From: Zancudomyces culisetae HAW-14-8
Taxonomy: Eukaryota > Fungi > Kickxellomycota
DNA: 64,000 nucleotides
Reading direction: 5' to 3'
Assembly (NCBI GenBank): GCA_052426225.1
Contig: JBNJNM010000008.1
Location: 1,240,001-1,304,000 of the forward strand
Shown here: one piece after another, positions 22,899 to 36,190 of the stretch
How the letters are laid out: the number at the start of each line of letters is the position of its first letter
How positions within the stretch are numbered: the stretch's first letter is position 1
The notes under the pieces: generated by a model
What the model saw: only the letters and a program-made list of their open reading frames with translations
Databases searched by the model: none
What the model was told of the DNA's origin: nothing
Translations under genes and position numbers: made by a program

Positions 22899-25739
22899 AT
22901 GGTAAAGACATATTTGAGGTATGAGGCAGGGGGGAGATTCGGAGTGGTGGTTAGTAATAACGGGAATGTATCGAGTCTTGATGAAAGCGGAAATTACTTG
23001 GTGGTTCCAGACTTGGAACAGGTAAAGATAATCAGTCTTAAACGAGCCGGAGAAGTTAAAGTTAAGCTGTACGATCTGGATAACAAGAGTTTGGTGAGTA
23101 AGGTGTTGGTGGGCGGAGGTAAAGACCTGGTGGTGGTGGGGTATGTGGACGGAAGTATTAGAGTGTATAAACTGACGACCGAGATACAGCATTTGTTGGG
23201 ACTCCAAGAAAACAAGCGTGGGGCGAGTATACGAAATGACGAGGAAAAAGAGTATATAGTGGAGCCTAGTTTATTATTTAACGGACATAAATCGGGAATA
23301 AGTAGTTTGAAAGTGGATGAAGAAAATGGAATATTGTATAGTGGAAGTAGGGATACAGAAATTATTGCGTGGGATTTGGTGGGAGAGGTAGGAAAGTATA
23401 GGTTAAAGGGGCACAAGGAAGAAATTACAGGAATGGAGATAGTACGGATAAAAGAGGACAAGTACTTGATTAGTAGTAGTAAAGATACATTGGTCAAGGT
23501 ATGGGATCTGGGCAGTCAGCAATGTGTTCAGACAGTGGTAACACACACTAGTGAAATATGGAGCATGTCAGTGATGAGTACTGGAGGAGTAGGACAAGGA
23601 CAAGGACAAGAACAAGGAGAGGAAGAAGGACAAGATAGATACTTGATGGTTACAGGAACTTCAGAACCACAAGTGTTGAATGTGTTTGAAATCAAGGCAG
23701 GATACAGTAATAGCGGGGGTGAGGAGGGATTAGAGGGAGAAGAAAATAAAAAGGAAAAATGGGAGGAAGAGATAGTTAAGGAGGTAGGGAAGCTACAAAA
23801 GACAAGTATGGAGAGAACAGTGCAAGTAAAAATCGATGAGACAGGAAAATACTTGGGAGTGTTAAACAACGATAAAACATTTGAATTGTTTGTATATAAG
23901 CAAAATAAAAAAAAGAAGAGTAAGGGTAAAGGTAAGGGCAAAAAGGCGGGAGGCGAACAGAACCAACAAAACGTGAAACAAGAGATTGTAGAGTTCAGAG
24001 CAGTACGAGTGGTTAGAAATGAGAGTAAAGTCAAGAGTTTTGATTTTAGGGGGATTGGGACAAGTGAGGCAAGAGATATGGAAACACAGGTTGAGAGGGC
24101 ACGGGTGGTGTTTGGAATGTCAAACAACATGATTAAGTGTGTAGCAATTCCTACAAAGCTATCTACTGGAGAAGAGGAAAAAGAGCAAGAAGAAGGAATG
24201 GATGTAAAAGTAGAAATAGAAGTTAGCAGAGGAGGACACCGTACCGAACCGCGAGAGGTACGAGTATCGCCAGATGGAGAACTGGTAGGATCATTGTGTA
24301 GTGCGGCGCTGGTAGTGTGGAACATAAAAACACAGCGGGTGATAAGACGGGTGGGAGTGAATGGAGGAGTGTGCATGGAGTTTTTGGGAGAGCGGGTGGT
24401 GGTGGTGGGGACAAGCAAAGGAGATGTGCAAGTGATAGAGTTGACGAATGGCGAGGTGGTTGGAGAGTACAAACGTGCACACCAGGGAGGAGTTGGATGT
24501 ATGGCAGGATACCAAGGCGGGATAGTTACGGGAGGAGGGGGAGCAGACGACAAGCAAGTGAAGGTATGGGAGATGCAAGGCAGTCGGCTGGTTCATACAA
24601 AGACGCTCAAGCTGGCAGACCAGGCACTGTCAATGCGGGTGAGCAATGATCGAAAGTTTTTGGCGATTGGATTGCTGGACAGCACAATCAAGGTGTTTTA
24701 CTTTGACACGCTAAAATTTTATCTAAATCTGTACGGCCACAAACTGCCAGTGACATCGGTGGATATTTCTTCGGATTCTACACTTCTGGTAAGTGGCAGT
24801 GTGGACAAAAACATCAAGATTTGGGGGTTGGATTTCGGTGACTGCCACAAATCAATCTTTGCCCACAACGAGCCAATTTCCAAAGTCCGATTTATTCCAA
24901 ACACTCACTACATCTTTAGTTGTGGAAAGGACGGAAATATCCAGCAATATGATGGCGACAAGTTCCAGCGCATAATAACACTGTCGGTGGTTGGAAGCAG
25001 CAGCTGTTACGGCATGGATTTCGACCAGCCGTATGCAAACACCTTGGTTGTCAGTTATGGAGATCGCTCAATTCGCCTATTTGATAAGACTAACGATTTG
25101 GTATTCATTGATGAAGAACGAGAAAAGGAAATGGACGCGCTTTATGAGTCGGAACTGGCAGCTCAAATCAACAACGATAATGGCAACGATAACAACAGCG
25201 GTGCTCAAACTGGCAACGAAGCAACAGCTGCGGTTGATGGTGTTGTTGGCCAAAGCTCGCTCAAACTCTACGAAACCATTTCAGAAGCTGTAGTGTTCTT
25301 TGATTCGTTGGCCAATGAAAACAGTCTGGCACAGTTTAGTAATAATCCTATTTTGATTGCCAGCAAATGCCCAACTCCTCACCACTACCTCCTGAAAAAA
25401 CTTGTTAGCTCCCTGCCCATATCAACTATCCCCCAAGTAATTATGCTTCTGCCTTATTCCCAATCGCTGATTCTGATAAACTTTATCAAACACGTCAGTG
25501 GCTCTCTTGTTTCTGACTTTGGTATTCAAAACCTGCCTTTGCTCACTCGCCTAATTATCTTTATCACCAAATTCCATTTCCAAAGACTCGCTCTAAATGA
25601 CCAGGTAAAGGCTGATATCCAAGTCATCAATACAAACCTCAAATCTGCCATCAACAATTTCAAACTGCTTGTTGGTACCAATTTGTCAAACTTGAATACT
25701 TCCAATAAAAACATTGTTACTACTAAATCCTTTTATTAG
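22899..25739 (+). CDS. UTP12: U3 snoRNP WD40 protein Utp12/Dip2 (WDR3)
   Basis: MVKTYLRY N-terminus; multiple WD40 repeats; LLDSTIKVFYFDTLKFYLNLYGHKLPV and IWGLDFGDCHKSIFAH signatures; C-terminal Utp12 domain. Confidence 0.96.
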   Translation: MVKTYLRYEAGGRFGVVVSNNGNVSSLDESGNYLVVPDLEQVKIISLKRAGEVKVKLYDLDNKSLVSKVLVGGGKDLVVVGYVDGSIRVYKLTTEIQHLLGLQENKRGASIRNDEEKEYIVEPSLLFNGHKSGISSLKVDEENGILYSGSRDTEIIAWDLVGEVGKYRLKGHKEEITGMEIVRIKEDKYLISSSKDTLVKVWDLGSQQCVQTVVTHTSEIWSMSVMSTGGVGQGQGQEQGEEEGQDRYLMVTGTSEPQVLNVFEIKAGYSNSGGEEGLEGEENKKEKWEEEIVKEVGKLQKTSMERTVQVKIDETGKYLGVLNNDKTFELFVYKQNKKKKSKGKGKGKKAGGEQNQQNVKQEIVEFRAVRVVRNESKVKSFDFRGIGTSEARDMETQVERARVVFGMSNNMIKCVAIPTKLSTGEEEKEQEEGMDVKVEIEVSRGGHRTEPREVRVSPDGELVGSLCSAALVVWNIKTQRVIRRVGVNGGVCMEFLGERVVVVGTSKGDVQVIELTNGEVVGEYKRAHQGGVGCMAGYQGGIVTGGGGADDKQVKVWEMQGSRLVHTKTLKLADQALSMRVSNDRKFLAIGLLDSTIKVFYFDTLKFYLNLYGHKLPVTSVDISSDSTLLVSGSVDKNIKIWGLDFGDCHKSIFAHNEPISKVRFIPNTHYIFSCGKDGNIQQYDGDKFQRIITLSVVGSSSCYGMDFDQPYANTLVVSYGDRSIRLFDKTNDLVFIDEEREKEMDALYESELAAQINNDNGNDNNSGAQTGNEATAAVDGVVGQSSLKLYETISEAVVFFDSLANENSLAQFSNNPILIASKCPTPHHYLLKKLVSSLPISTIPQVIMLLPYSQSLILINFIKHVSGSLVSDFGIQNLPLLTRLIIFITKFHFQRLALNDQVKADIQVINTNLKSAINNFKLLVGTNLSNLNTSNKNIVTTKSFY

Positions 25740-25862
25740 ACTATCCTTCCTTTTATCCTTATATATATTTTCTTTAAATAAAATTAAATTAAATTATAAA
25801 CCAGAGATTTTATTTGCTACTATTTTTATTTTTATTTTTATTTTTATTTTTGATGATAATCG

Positions 25863-27075
25863 TTATTGTTTAAGAGCCATTCTTCTTCTTCTTATACCCA
25901 GAACAAACAGCAGTGTAAGTCTGTATAACATCTCCTTGCTGCTGAATAGTATGGCCGCTTGTAGCACAGACTGGAACAGCTTTGACTGGATTCCCTTAAA
26001 CAACCCTGGAACTCCCTCGTTAGCAATGATCTTCTTAAATCCATCACTAAGCGAATTGTAGTTCTCACTCTCATTCTCGGATCTCTTGAGTTGCATTCGT
26101 GATTTCACTACAATGTATGGGTACGTTATGGTCGTGGCAATAAGCTTGGACAACGCTCCAAGTGCAAAAAAGTCAAGACCTGTTAGTCCACCTGCTCCCT
26201 TTCCTTTCCTTATAGCCGAAAGCTTGTTTTTGAACTGCTCAAATGCTGCATATTGAATCATCGGATTCAGTACAAGCACAAGCGCTGGAATAACTCCCTG
26301 CCACAACGCCAACACTCCTCGCTTGTCCTCTGTAACAATTTCCCGGAACATTGCTACCATCGATTTCCTTTGGCCCTCTTCTCCCTTTTTTCCATTCTTT
26401 GCTACTGCCATCCGTGTGTTTACCACCCATATTGGGTTGGTTATTAATACCGTCATTGCTCCCGATATCGCCCCTGTAAGAAGACTTTCTAATGCTCCCA
26501 TTAGTTTATTTCCTGATAGTTCCAACACCTTCTTTTTGGTTGCTTCGAAAAAGTAGTAATATACTCCATTCGTTATTGCTGATCCAAACAATGCTGATTC
26601 TATTCCTCTATTGATTCATTATTCATTAATTAATTCATTATTACATCTCTGTCTAGACCAATATTAATCTTATTTATAAATGAAATGCTCTAGTCTTACG
26701 AAAACAATCCGGCGACTCCTTCTTCGTTCAGAATTTTCTTGAGTACATCAAGATTTCCCTATAACACCAAACAAGTACCATTACCATCATAATCAACAAA
26801 TACATAATACAATATTTGAATGGTATTACAACGTCACCTTTACCAAAGAAATAAAATATAATATAATATAGTAAAATAATAACCCTATCCCTCCTCCCTC
26901 CTCTCTCCTTTCTCTCTCCCCCCCCCAAAATCAATCATACCTTGTATGCATCCTTTCGTTCGCCAGTTCTCTGTACCTGAAGTCGTGTACTGATCGTAAA
27001 AAGTGGGTATGTCAACCCCATTGACACTAAGCCTCCTCCGGCTCCAGCTATGGCATGAATTGCGTTATCTGACAT
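25863..27075 (-). CDS. Peroxisomal mitochondrial-carrier-family transporter (PMP47/SLC25A17-like); exons 27075-26941, 26758-26700, 26607-25863
   Basis: HAIAGAGGGLVSMGLTYPL..STRLQ, TNPIWVVNTRM and TYPYIVVKSRMQ carrier repeats; GT-AG introns keep frame. Confidence 0.9.
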
Positions 27076-27248
27076 TTCCTTCTTTTTTCTCTCTTTTTCT
27101 TTTGTTCTAATCTATATATCAATACATTATTCCCGTTTTTTTATTTTCAACCTTTATAAATTTACAAATATATAATATATCAAACGCATTAAAAAACCGG
27201 CGGTGCTTGAAAAGTAAAAGGAAGCAGATTTAGAATTGTTCACAGGAA

Positions 27249-27276
27249 TTGGTTTTGGTTTTGGTTTTGGTTTTGG
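27249..27276. repeat. (TTTTGG)n microsatellite, with a (GT)n tract nearby at about 27425-27445
   Basis: ttggttttggttttggttttggttttgg. Confidence 0.8.
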
Positions 27277-28980
27277 CTTGATATTGGATTCAAGTTGAAA
27301 TGCTTTGAAATGAGCCAAATTCCTTGTTTACATTCTGTATCTTGTCCTTTATTAAACCAACCACAAGCTCGGACCAACTAATTTCTGTTATATATCTACC
27401 TATTTCTGAACTATGGGGAGGGAAGTGTGCGTGTGTGTGTGTGTGCTTTTGGATAAATATCAAGAGTAATCGTTTTTTAAAACTATAAAGGATTGAGCTT
27501 TTACTCTATACCAGTATACTATATTTTACTTTATTTTTTAATTGCAGATAGTCAAAACAAGAACGAGGGTGCAAAAGTTGGTCTGTTCTTGTATTAAATT
27601 TATTCCGCTTATTTATTTTTCTATTTAATATTCATTTTCCCCTCTTTCCCCTCTCCCTCCCCCCTCTCCCTTCTTTTTTTAATTTGTTTTATTTACGGCA
27701 TTTTAATTTTTTCACATTTCACATTTCACAATTTCATATTTTACGCAAGCTGGAAAATCTGTAAATTGTAACGATCTTGTTTTATAACTACAAAAAATAT
27801 ATATACACATGTAAATATATGGAGGAAATAGGAAATATGAAATAGGAAATACCTGCCAAAAATGTTTCCAAAAACTGGTTCCTGTATTGCCAAATTACCA
27901 AAAACAATAATGAAACAATGTTCGTAAAAAAAAAAATCTAAAAAAAAAACGCTAGGTCCAATTTTTTTTTTCTTTCCACTACATTTTAACTAATTAACTA
28001 TTTCTGTATATTTCAGAAATAATAATAATATAATGTAATTTCTAGTTTATTACATTGCCCATCCAATTCCATGTATACACTCCCCTTCCCACCTCTCTTT
28101 TTTTTATTTTACAAACTTTGCAGATTATGAAAATGAGATATAATATATGATGGAACACAGATAACACAAACTTCATTTCTTAATAATTTAGATAAGCGTT
28201 CTCATATTCAACTTGTTCTCCCCATTTTCCTACACGCATAACCAATTTTATTTGATCCCAAAGAATAATTATATCTACATACGCAATATCCATGTTGTTT
28301 CATCCTTTATCCGAATCGCCAATAAAATCAACAACATCAAACAAGAAAAAATATATATTTAGTAGTTTCCATACTTTTGTTTTGTTTTGTTTTGCTTTGT
28401 TTTTTTTATTTTTAGTTTCTAAAAAAGTGCAAACTTATTGGATACTTTTGTGAATGTGATTGCTAGATATATTCATATTCAAAAGTGAAAAAAAAAACGT
28501 TTAAATAAATAAAACAAATTGTTTTGGCAAGAATAGAACAAAAAGTATAATTAGAAAAAGAAGAGGGTAGGGGGAAGAACAGGAAGGAGGAGGAGAGAGA
28601 ATGAGGTGGATCTTATCTCCTAGCAAATGCATGTTGGAAGATTAGAGCCCGAATGCAAAAAACTAGTGTTATTTGTGACGATTTTTATTTTTCTTTACCT
28701 TTATTGGTTTCCAATAGCGTTCCATATCTTTCAGCAAATGTTTCTGTTACAAGAATATATTATGTTTTTGATCAGTTAACAGTACACTACATAATAGTTA
28801 ATACTCGATTTCTTTAAAAGATAATAATATTAATAAAATAGTTACAATGCACAGTCTATAATATTAACACGCAAAAAAAAAACAAAGTGAGAGGAGATAA
28901 ACAAAGAAAATGAAAAAGATGTTTGCCTATAATAAACTGTAAAGAAAAAAAAAGCTCCCCCAAACAATAATACAGCTCAT

Positions 28981-31434
28981 TCATTGAATGCTGGCGTATT
29001 TCCGACTATGTGCAGCTTTTCTGTTATGGTTGGCTCTGGTGGATTTGTGCTGCTGGTCGGCCTTTCTCTGAGCAGTGCTCTTTATGTCCTTTTCGGGCTT
29101 TGCAGTAAATGCAGGACCCGTCTTTTTAGCCGCAGACGTGCGAGTACCAGAATTAGCCTGCATGCTATCAGTCTCTGCTTTATTTGTGTTTTCGCGGTTT
29201 GGATTTGACAAGTAAAACTCGGATTTGATTTTATCCAACTTGGCCGGCTATTTGGAAGCAAAAAAATTGAATTTGTAAATAAAATAAAATAAAATAAAAT
29301 AAAATAAAATAAAATGACAAAAAAAAACACTTACAGTTTTCATCAACATCTTGTACCAACCCTCTACTTGTTCGTCAGTCAACCCAGTCTTTTCTCTCAA
29401 CTCTTTTCTAGCTTTGGACTTTCGAGTATTCTGAGATGTTAAGAATATATCTGGATTAGATACAACCAAAGAAGAGAGGTACACCTCGTGCTGCTGCCGG
29501 CTCTGTTGTACGTGGCTTTGCTCTTGTTCTCGTTTTTGTCCTTGCTGTCGCTGATCACCCTCGTCAATCTCCTCATCGTCACCAGTGACCGTAACAGCCC
29601 CGACATCCAGCGAATCGTACGAATCGTCATATTCATCCTCGTCCAACAGGATCGCAGCAGCTGCGGCAAGTGTCTTTTGCCTGAGCGACACACCTGCATT
29701 AGCCAGTGCGTTTTGTTGGTTGCGATGCTGTTTATCCATAAGAACCACTGATTCGTCAAAGTCTTCGCTGTTGAAAACATCAAATCGATCATTATCAAAC
29801 ACGTTCCGACGCTGGTCCAAGTTAAATCCTGCTTCTTCACCCAACGGTCTGTCGACATCGTCCCCAAGCATACTTCCATTTTGATCAATATTAGCTTCCA
29901 GCTCGCTTATACTCAACGCTGCCAGTCCTACATCTCCATTGTTATTGACCAATGCCTCCTTTAACTGCTCCATAGTCATCAACCCAAACATCTCTTGCAG
30001 CTGTGCCAGCTTTTCATCGTCAACGCTATGCTGGAGCTGAGCTTCACCACCCAACAGGTTCGCATTAGGTTTACCATAACCACCAGACTGTACACCAGCT
30101 TTTTTTGTATGAGCGTTTAACAATTTGTAGAAATACGCTGGTATTGCATCCATCACATCCACATATCCACCTTCAAACTTGAGACTCTGTAGCAGATGTT
30201 TTGTATATTCAATCTGCTCAATATCCCAACCCAAATCAACCCCTTTATTTGTTTGCCCCTTCAATATTTCCTGGGCCTTTTTTTCCAGCTCGATGCTAAT
30301 CCCAATTATGTATTCCAAATCAAACAGTATCGATTTGTTCAGCAATGGCTTCGTAAATACTAAGTCCCTCTGTTGCGCGTCGTTTATCTTTTCAAACACC
30401 AGATCTACAACACTTCTAAACACTTGTGTATTGTCGCTAGCCCTAACCGTCTCCAAAACCTTTGCAAATAATGTGATTACAAACACCAGTATCTCTACCC
30501 GAAATACTCCCATCATCCCCTCTATCTCCTCACTCCTCGACTCATATAAATCGATCATACTACAAACCACCCTCTTTCCAATACCCATTATTTTTGCCGC
30601 AATGTGTTCGCTTGTAGATACGAGCTTTGTTAGTTTTACTATCTTGCTAACATCTGTTTCTGCCACCATTGAGTTTTCATGTCTGGCTATTGTTTTTGGT
30701 TTGTCTATATCCTCAACCACACCTTCTATGTCCAAAAGTATATGTTGTAGCTCCTCTTCCAACGCCCCACTCTTTTCTAGATACTTGATAAATCTTGAAA
30801 TCGTGCCTTTTGCTCGCTCTCCATACATTTCACTAAAAAAATTAGCCAAATCTTGCACAGTGCTTACCCGCACTACCTCTGCCACACTAATCTCTTTCAC
30901 TTTACCACTGCTTTTCTTGCCTTGATCACTGTTCCCGATATCTATAAACTCTAATTGTTTTCCAAGTCGTTCATAGAATCGGAATACCATTTCATCATCT
31001 ATATACTGATCAATGTACCGTCCCAAAATCTCCATTTCTTTAATCCCTTTCTGCCCGTCAGCTTCGAGGTTGAGTTTCTTTACTTTACTGTTGCCACTAC
31101 TACCACTGCTACTGCCACTGCTACTACTGCCCTTGCTACTGCCCTCAACGTTTCCACTACTTTTACCACTTCTACTATTTTGACCGGCGGTTGTATGGCT
31201 GGAATTTTCGAGCTGACTCCTATTATTTGCCCATTTTCCTGCCGCCTCCTTCATTACTTTGGCGATATGCTTATGTACTCTCTTTTTTCCAAGGTTTTCC
31301 AATTTGATATCAATAAAGTATACCCATTCTTCTTTGTCGATCACTCTATTCCAGTACTCCTCAAACCCACAATGCACTGTGAGGTTTTCCAAGTCTAGTA
31401 GCCAGTTATTCAATCTTGTTCTTAGTTCCTCCAT
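28981..31434 (-). CDS. CUE3: CUE-domain RQT subunit Cue3/ASCC2-like; exons 31434-29335, 29247-28981
   Basis: CUE-like LAQLQEMF; RRNVFDND.FD; YDDSYD; R..LREKTGLTDEQVEGWY.ML; C-terminal RANHNRK. Phase-0 intron GTAAGT...TAG contains (TTTTA)n. Confidence 0.85.
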
Positions 31435-33265
31435 TTTGTGTTTATTTACATACTCTTTGGCTATTACACCTTGCTACTATTCTTCAAAGGGTTAAAATGG
31501 GTGTTTGTTTTAGTGGTTTAAATAATTTACGCAGCAAATAGTACATCCAATTTGTACAAAAGGTGCTGGCAAATCAACAAGCACTAAAAAAAAATTATTT
31601 TTTAATTGCGCTTTGTAATTCCAAGCCATTAGCTCTCTTTTTTCCAACCAAACCTAACCACGAGCACAGCCATATATCAATCTTCTTTAATATTTACAAC
31701 TCTCAGCTACTGTAAGGATGTGTACGAAGACTTATGGTTTTAGTATTCTGGGCCTGTATTGTTTTTTGTAGAAATCCGAATTTCATGGTCTTAGACATGA
31801 TCAAAGTAGGACCATGATTAAAGACTATCCCTTAATTAAATATCTAATAATCGTAAAAATAGCTTTCTAAATAAAATTTCCAAGTGTAGTGCCTAAACCT
31901 TGTTCATATATATATTTATCATCTATAACGATTATGATTTCTATTTAAAAACACGTGAACTCTCAGTTTTTCTTTTTACCAATTATCTCTATTGGTGCAT
32001 CTACCTGTGTCTCTATCTTTATACCTATCTTCTCTCGCTCGCCCATCTTAGTAACATGCTGTAAATTATATCCCTCTACCCCATTATCTCTTTTTTTTTG
32101 TAATAAAAGATATTTATATTTACCATCCTGCGTATCCTTACTGGCTCCAAAAAACAACTTATTATACATCATGGCACATTTATGACATTTAAGTGGTGGT
32201 ATGTGTGTTTGATAAAATATAAAATATCACTTGCACTTCCACTTCTTATCCCCCCCACCTTTCTTTTCAGCTGATTCAGTCATCATTAACTTGAAAATAA
32301 TAAGGTATATACAGATTAACTCTTCCAGATTCATCTATCTAATCCAGATCGATTTTACTGAAAATAAAACCAAATTTCTGAATCACAATTCGGCAAGTAT
32401 CCTACTACCTGCTCAACCCTCAACGTATTGCTTGGCTATAGAATTCCTATACCTTTTATTAAAATGTGCCACAACCACGCTTCATACATTTCATGTGTAC
32501 CAATCATAAAAACTAGACATGGTTAGCTTGTGATAATGCATTGTGATCTTACCCAGCATCAAAGGATTGGTTTAGGATGGGGTATCTGTTACATCTATAA
32601 ATACTGATTTCTAAAAAAAAATAATGGTGTCAAGAATAATATATTCTACCTCATTCACCCTCAATGAATCCTTTAGAACATTTGTAAACCTACAGAAAAA
32701 GTAAACATGAATGTGAAATAAAAGTTAATATTGCTATAACGTAATCCTCAACCTTTTTATTTTTATTTTTTTTGCTGTCCTTTCCTTCAAACACACACAG
32801 ACTAATAAAGTGGGGGAGTGGTGAACAGTTTTACAAGAAACCAATCTGTTATTGGCCAATAGAGAGTGGAATTTTTTTTAACTGATATGCTCTTTTGCCC
32901 ATGCATTTATGGTTTTTTTGGTACTTTCTCTCATTTTATTATATTTTATTGTTTTTCATTTGGAAGGGGTCGGGGATTTCAAGTTGAACCCAGCCATACT
33001 TGGTAGCTGCCTATCAAACGCAAAAAATAAACAAATTTGTGAAAATGAAGACAAAAACGAAATCCGCATTTAGTAAACAATTATTTGGGCCTGTGATTGT
33101 ATTTAGAATCCCAGTCCAAAGATAATAAGCAAACAACTGATAAAAAAAACTATCGAAAAAGATATTTTGGCACCACAAAAGAAAACCATTTTCATATTTT
33201 TCCGATAACTATCAAGTGTTTTTAACTTTTCAAAAACATAAAGGAAACCTAAAGTATACTCAAAG

Positions 33266-34264
33266 ATGATTTCCCTTTCAAGGTCAGTAGCCAGAGCAAA
33301 TAAGCTTTCGGCACCATGCAGCTTGGTTAGAGCCTATTCTTCGGAAGGCGGTGCAGAGAAAAAGCGAGTGCAATCTCCATTTGAAAAGGTAACAATATTT
33401 GGCTCAGGTTTGATGGGTTCAGGTATAGCCCAGGTTTCAGCCACCTACAACCACAGTGTAAAGCTTGTGGATCTGAACGAAACAGCTCTCGAAAAATCAC
33501 AAAAGTATATCATGAGCTCCCTGAAAAGAGTAGCCAAAAAAAAGTTCCCAGAAAGCACCAGCGATCAGGTCAAGTTCTGTGAAGGAGTAATCTCAAAGAT
33601 CCAGTTTACGACAAAAGCTGAAGAGGCAGCAAGCGACGCCGACTTAGTACTGGAGGCTATTGTCGAGAATGTTGAAATAAAGCGAAAGCTTGTTGCAACT
33701 GTTGATGCAGTTGCACCAAATAGTGTGGTTTTTGCTACCAACACAAGCTCATTGAAGGTTGGTGATATTTTTGCAAATATTTCTGAGGCACGCAGGCCAA
33801 ATGTTGGTGGGCTTCACTTCTTTAACCCAGTCCCTCAAATGAAACTGCTGGAAGTTGTAAAGGCAGACACCACTAGCCAAGAAACATTTGACAAGATGTT
33901 CAATTATGGACTTTCAATTGGAAAGGTGTGTGTAAGTTGCAAGGACACACCAGGATTCATTGTAAACAGACTGCTTGTTCCATATATGCTTGAAGCCATG
34001 AGAATGGTGGAACGTGGAGACGCTACAGCCAAGGATATCGACAGTTCAATGAAGTATGGTGCTGGTTATCCAATGGGACCATTTGAGCTTGCAGATTATG
34101 TCGGTTTGGATACATCATACTTTATTTCTAATGGTTGGTACACAAACAGTGAGTTGAAGGGCAACGACCTGGTCAAGCCTCCAAAAAATCTGAAAGATCT
34201 TGTTGATGCAGGAAGATTTGGAACTAAGAGCGGTGCCGGTTTCTACGACTACACTAAGAAATAA
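33266..34264 (+). CDS. HADH: Mitochondrial short-chain 3-hydroxyacyl-CoA dehydrogenase
   Basis: Presequence; GSGLMGSGIAQ, EAIVEN, TNTSSL, GLHFFNPV, KDTPGFIVNRLL and GAGYPMGPFEL motifs. Confidence 0.97.
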   Translation: MISLSRSVARANKLSAPCSLVRAYSSEGGAEKKRVQSPFEKVTIFGSGLMGSGIAQVSATYNHSVKLVDLNETALEKSQKYIMSSLKRVAKKKFPESTSDQVKFCEGVISKIQFTTKAEEAASDADLVLEAIVENVEIKRKLVATVDAVAPNSVVFATNTSSLKVGDIFANISEARRPNVGGLHFFNPVPQMKLLEVVKADTTSQETFDKMFNYGLSIGKVCVSCKDTPGFIVNRLLVPYMLEAMRMVERGDATAKDIDSSMKYGAGYPMGPFELADYVGLDTSYFISNGWYTNSELKGNDLVKPPKNLKDLVDAGRFGTKSGAGFYDYTKK

Positions 34265-34532
34265 GGTTTTTTTTTGTTTAGCTCTTGCTTTTACCAGCAA
34301 TTGTTTTAAAATAAATGTCTTGTCTGAAGGAATACTTCTATTACCACGCTTTTCGTTTCTTCAACTTTTTACTTTTTTTTAGCCATACTACCATTGAAAC
34401 TTGATTCAATTTGTTCAAAAAAAATAATATTTGATTATGGTTAAATAATCCACCAGGAAATTAATTATATTTCCAGCATGTATGCATTTTATTAAAAAAA
34501 TTAAAATTCAGAATTCAACCAAATAGACAGCA

Positions 34533-35463
34533 ATGAATAGAACGGTATTGTCGAATTTATTTAGATCCTCGATACGTACAGGTAGTCTGTACGATAAAAA
34601 CAGTGCAACAACGGGATTTTGGAATTATGCCAGAGTAAGTTTAAGCAAATTCCCAGAATGCAGAAATCGAGCCCTGCATTCCCCCAGTAAGCCATGTTTT
34701 GTCGGAAAAAACTACACATTTGATGGGATCTACGATCCAAACGATGCTTCAGATAGCCAGGGTGGAGCGAGATCAGGTGGACCGAGCTTAAACAACATGT
34801 TTGCGCCAATCCAAGGAGCTATTTATATTAGCAAGGACACTTCGACTGGATTTCGATTGTCTGACGACAGATTTGTGACAGGAAACATATTTATTGTCAA
34901 CAATCATGCGTTTTCGTGGACAGTGAGTGATTCAATCGTGCAGAAATCGCACATAAATTTGATTCCAGAGCAACTCCAAATTTTAGATGTAGTCACTCCA
35001 AAACCAGGTAAGACTTAGAGCCGAGTTTTGTGCTGTTGGCGCGCACCCACTGAGTTTTTATTTTATTTAATCTTAATTATGTTGGTTTAATCATGGCTGA
35101 TTCTACATATCTGAATATTTTAACGTAGAAATACTGGTGCTGGGAACAGGTTCTAAGACCTTGATTTTAAGCCCCTCTACACGCGATTACTTGACCAACC
35201 TCGGGATCAAGCTGGAAATCGCCAACACTGTAAGTGCATAATCATGGATAGTCTATTTTACTTTAATATTCACATGTTTCCAATGAACCTTATATATACG
35301 TTTATATCTATATTTGACTCAAACAAAAAGGAATAAAGTTTGTACAGCTCTTTGGTGCTCAACACAATTAAAATGAAAATAGAAAAACGCCTGTGCCACT
35401 TATAATGTATTGCTTGAAGAAGGGAGAAGCGTAGCTTTGGGTGCCATTGTTAATACAATATAG
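34533..35463 (+). CDS. NDUFAF3: Complex I assembly factor NDUFAF3 (Mth938-like); exons 34533-35007, 35129-35229, 35383-35463
   Basis: Spliced product reads PKPEILVLGTG...GIKLEIANTKNACATYNVLLEEGRSVA; GT-AG introns. Confidence 0.9.
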
Positions 35464-36190
35464 TTTAGTATAGTATAGTTTTTATGTATAACTACCATTC
35501 TTTGCGAAACTGAGAAATAAAAGTTAGAATACCTATGTAAACAGTAGTGCCCCAGGGCTAATCTTTATATCTCTCCAGCTTATTGAACGTAAGGGCAATG
35601 TTTGAGCTTGCTCTACTATGATGCCACAGATTTCAGTGGTATAAAAATGATAGCGCTTAAAACCCATCCTAGCCTCAACCCAAGCTTCAATACTGCGACG
35701 TATTTTTTCAGTTACTCATTCTCTTCCTCTCCCTTTTATTTAATTAGAACAAGTAGTAGTTATACCCTTTATCATTGTGATTTCATGATACTTTCTTTCT
35801 TTGTCTTGATTTGTAAACACATTAAACGCATCAGTTGGGTTTAAGTTCATATATTCTCTGCGCACTTTAGTTAAAACTGGTCTTGTTTTTGCTATTTTGT
35901 CGCATCCAATGGTTTTTATTTGAAGCTTTTGTGATTTCGCAAAATAATTGCACAAATCAAAAATCGACTCCAAATCGATAAATTACGCTTGTTTGCCTAA
36001 AAGCAAATTTTAATCACATCTATTTTGTGTAAAGCTATAACAAATTATATACACACAAATACAGTTTGGTCACTTGTACGAAATTATCGAATCCCATTAG
36101 GCTTTATACATTTTTTCACTAGAAAGCTACACTTGTTTTTCTACACCACATTTCCACAAGACACTAGGAATAAAGGAAAAACTGGTAAAA

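Noticed and set aside
23528-24553. 341-aa antisense ORF within UTP12 (and similar ORFs at 22994-23497 and 30179-30925)
   Set aside because: Shadow ORFs caused by the skewed codon usage of the real gene; low-complexity S/P/T translation.
31955-32620. Possible LINE remnant between CUE3 and HADH (and a similar stretch at 11250-11950)
   Set aside because: Only a vague resemblance; no diagnostic RT or endonuclease motif.
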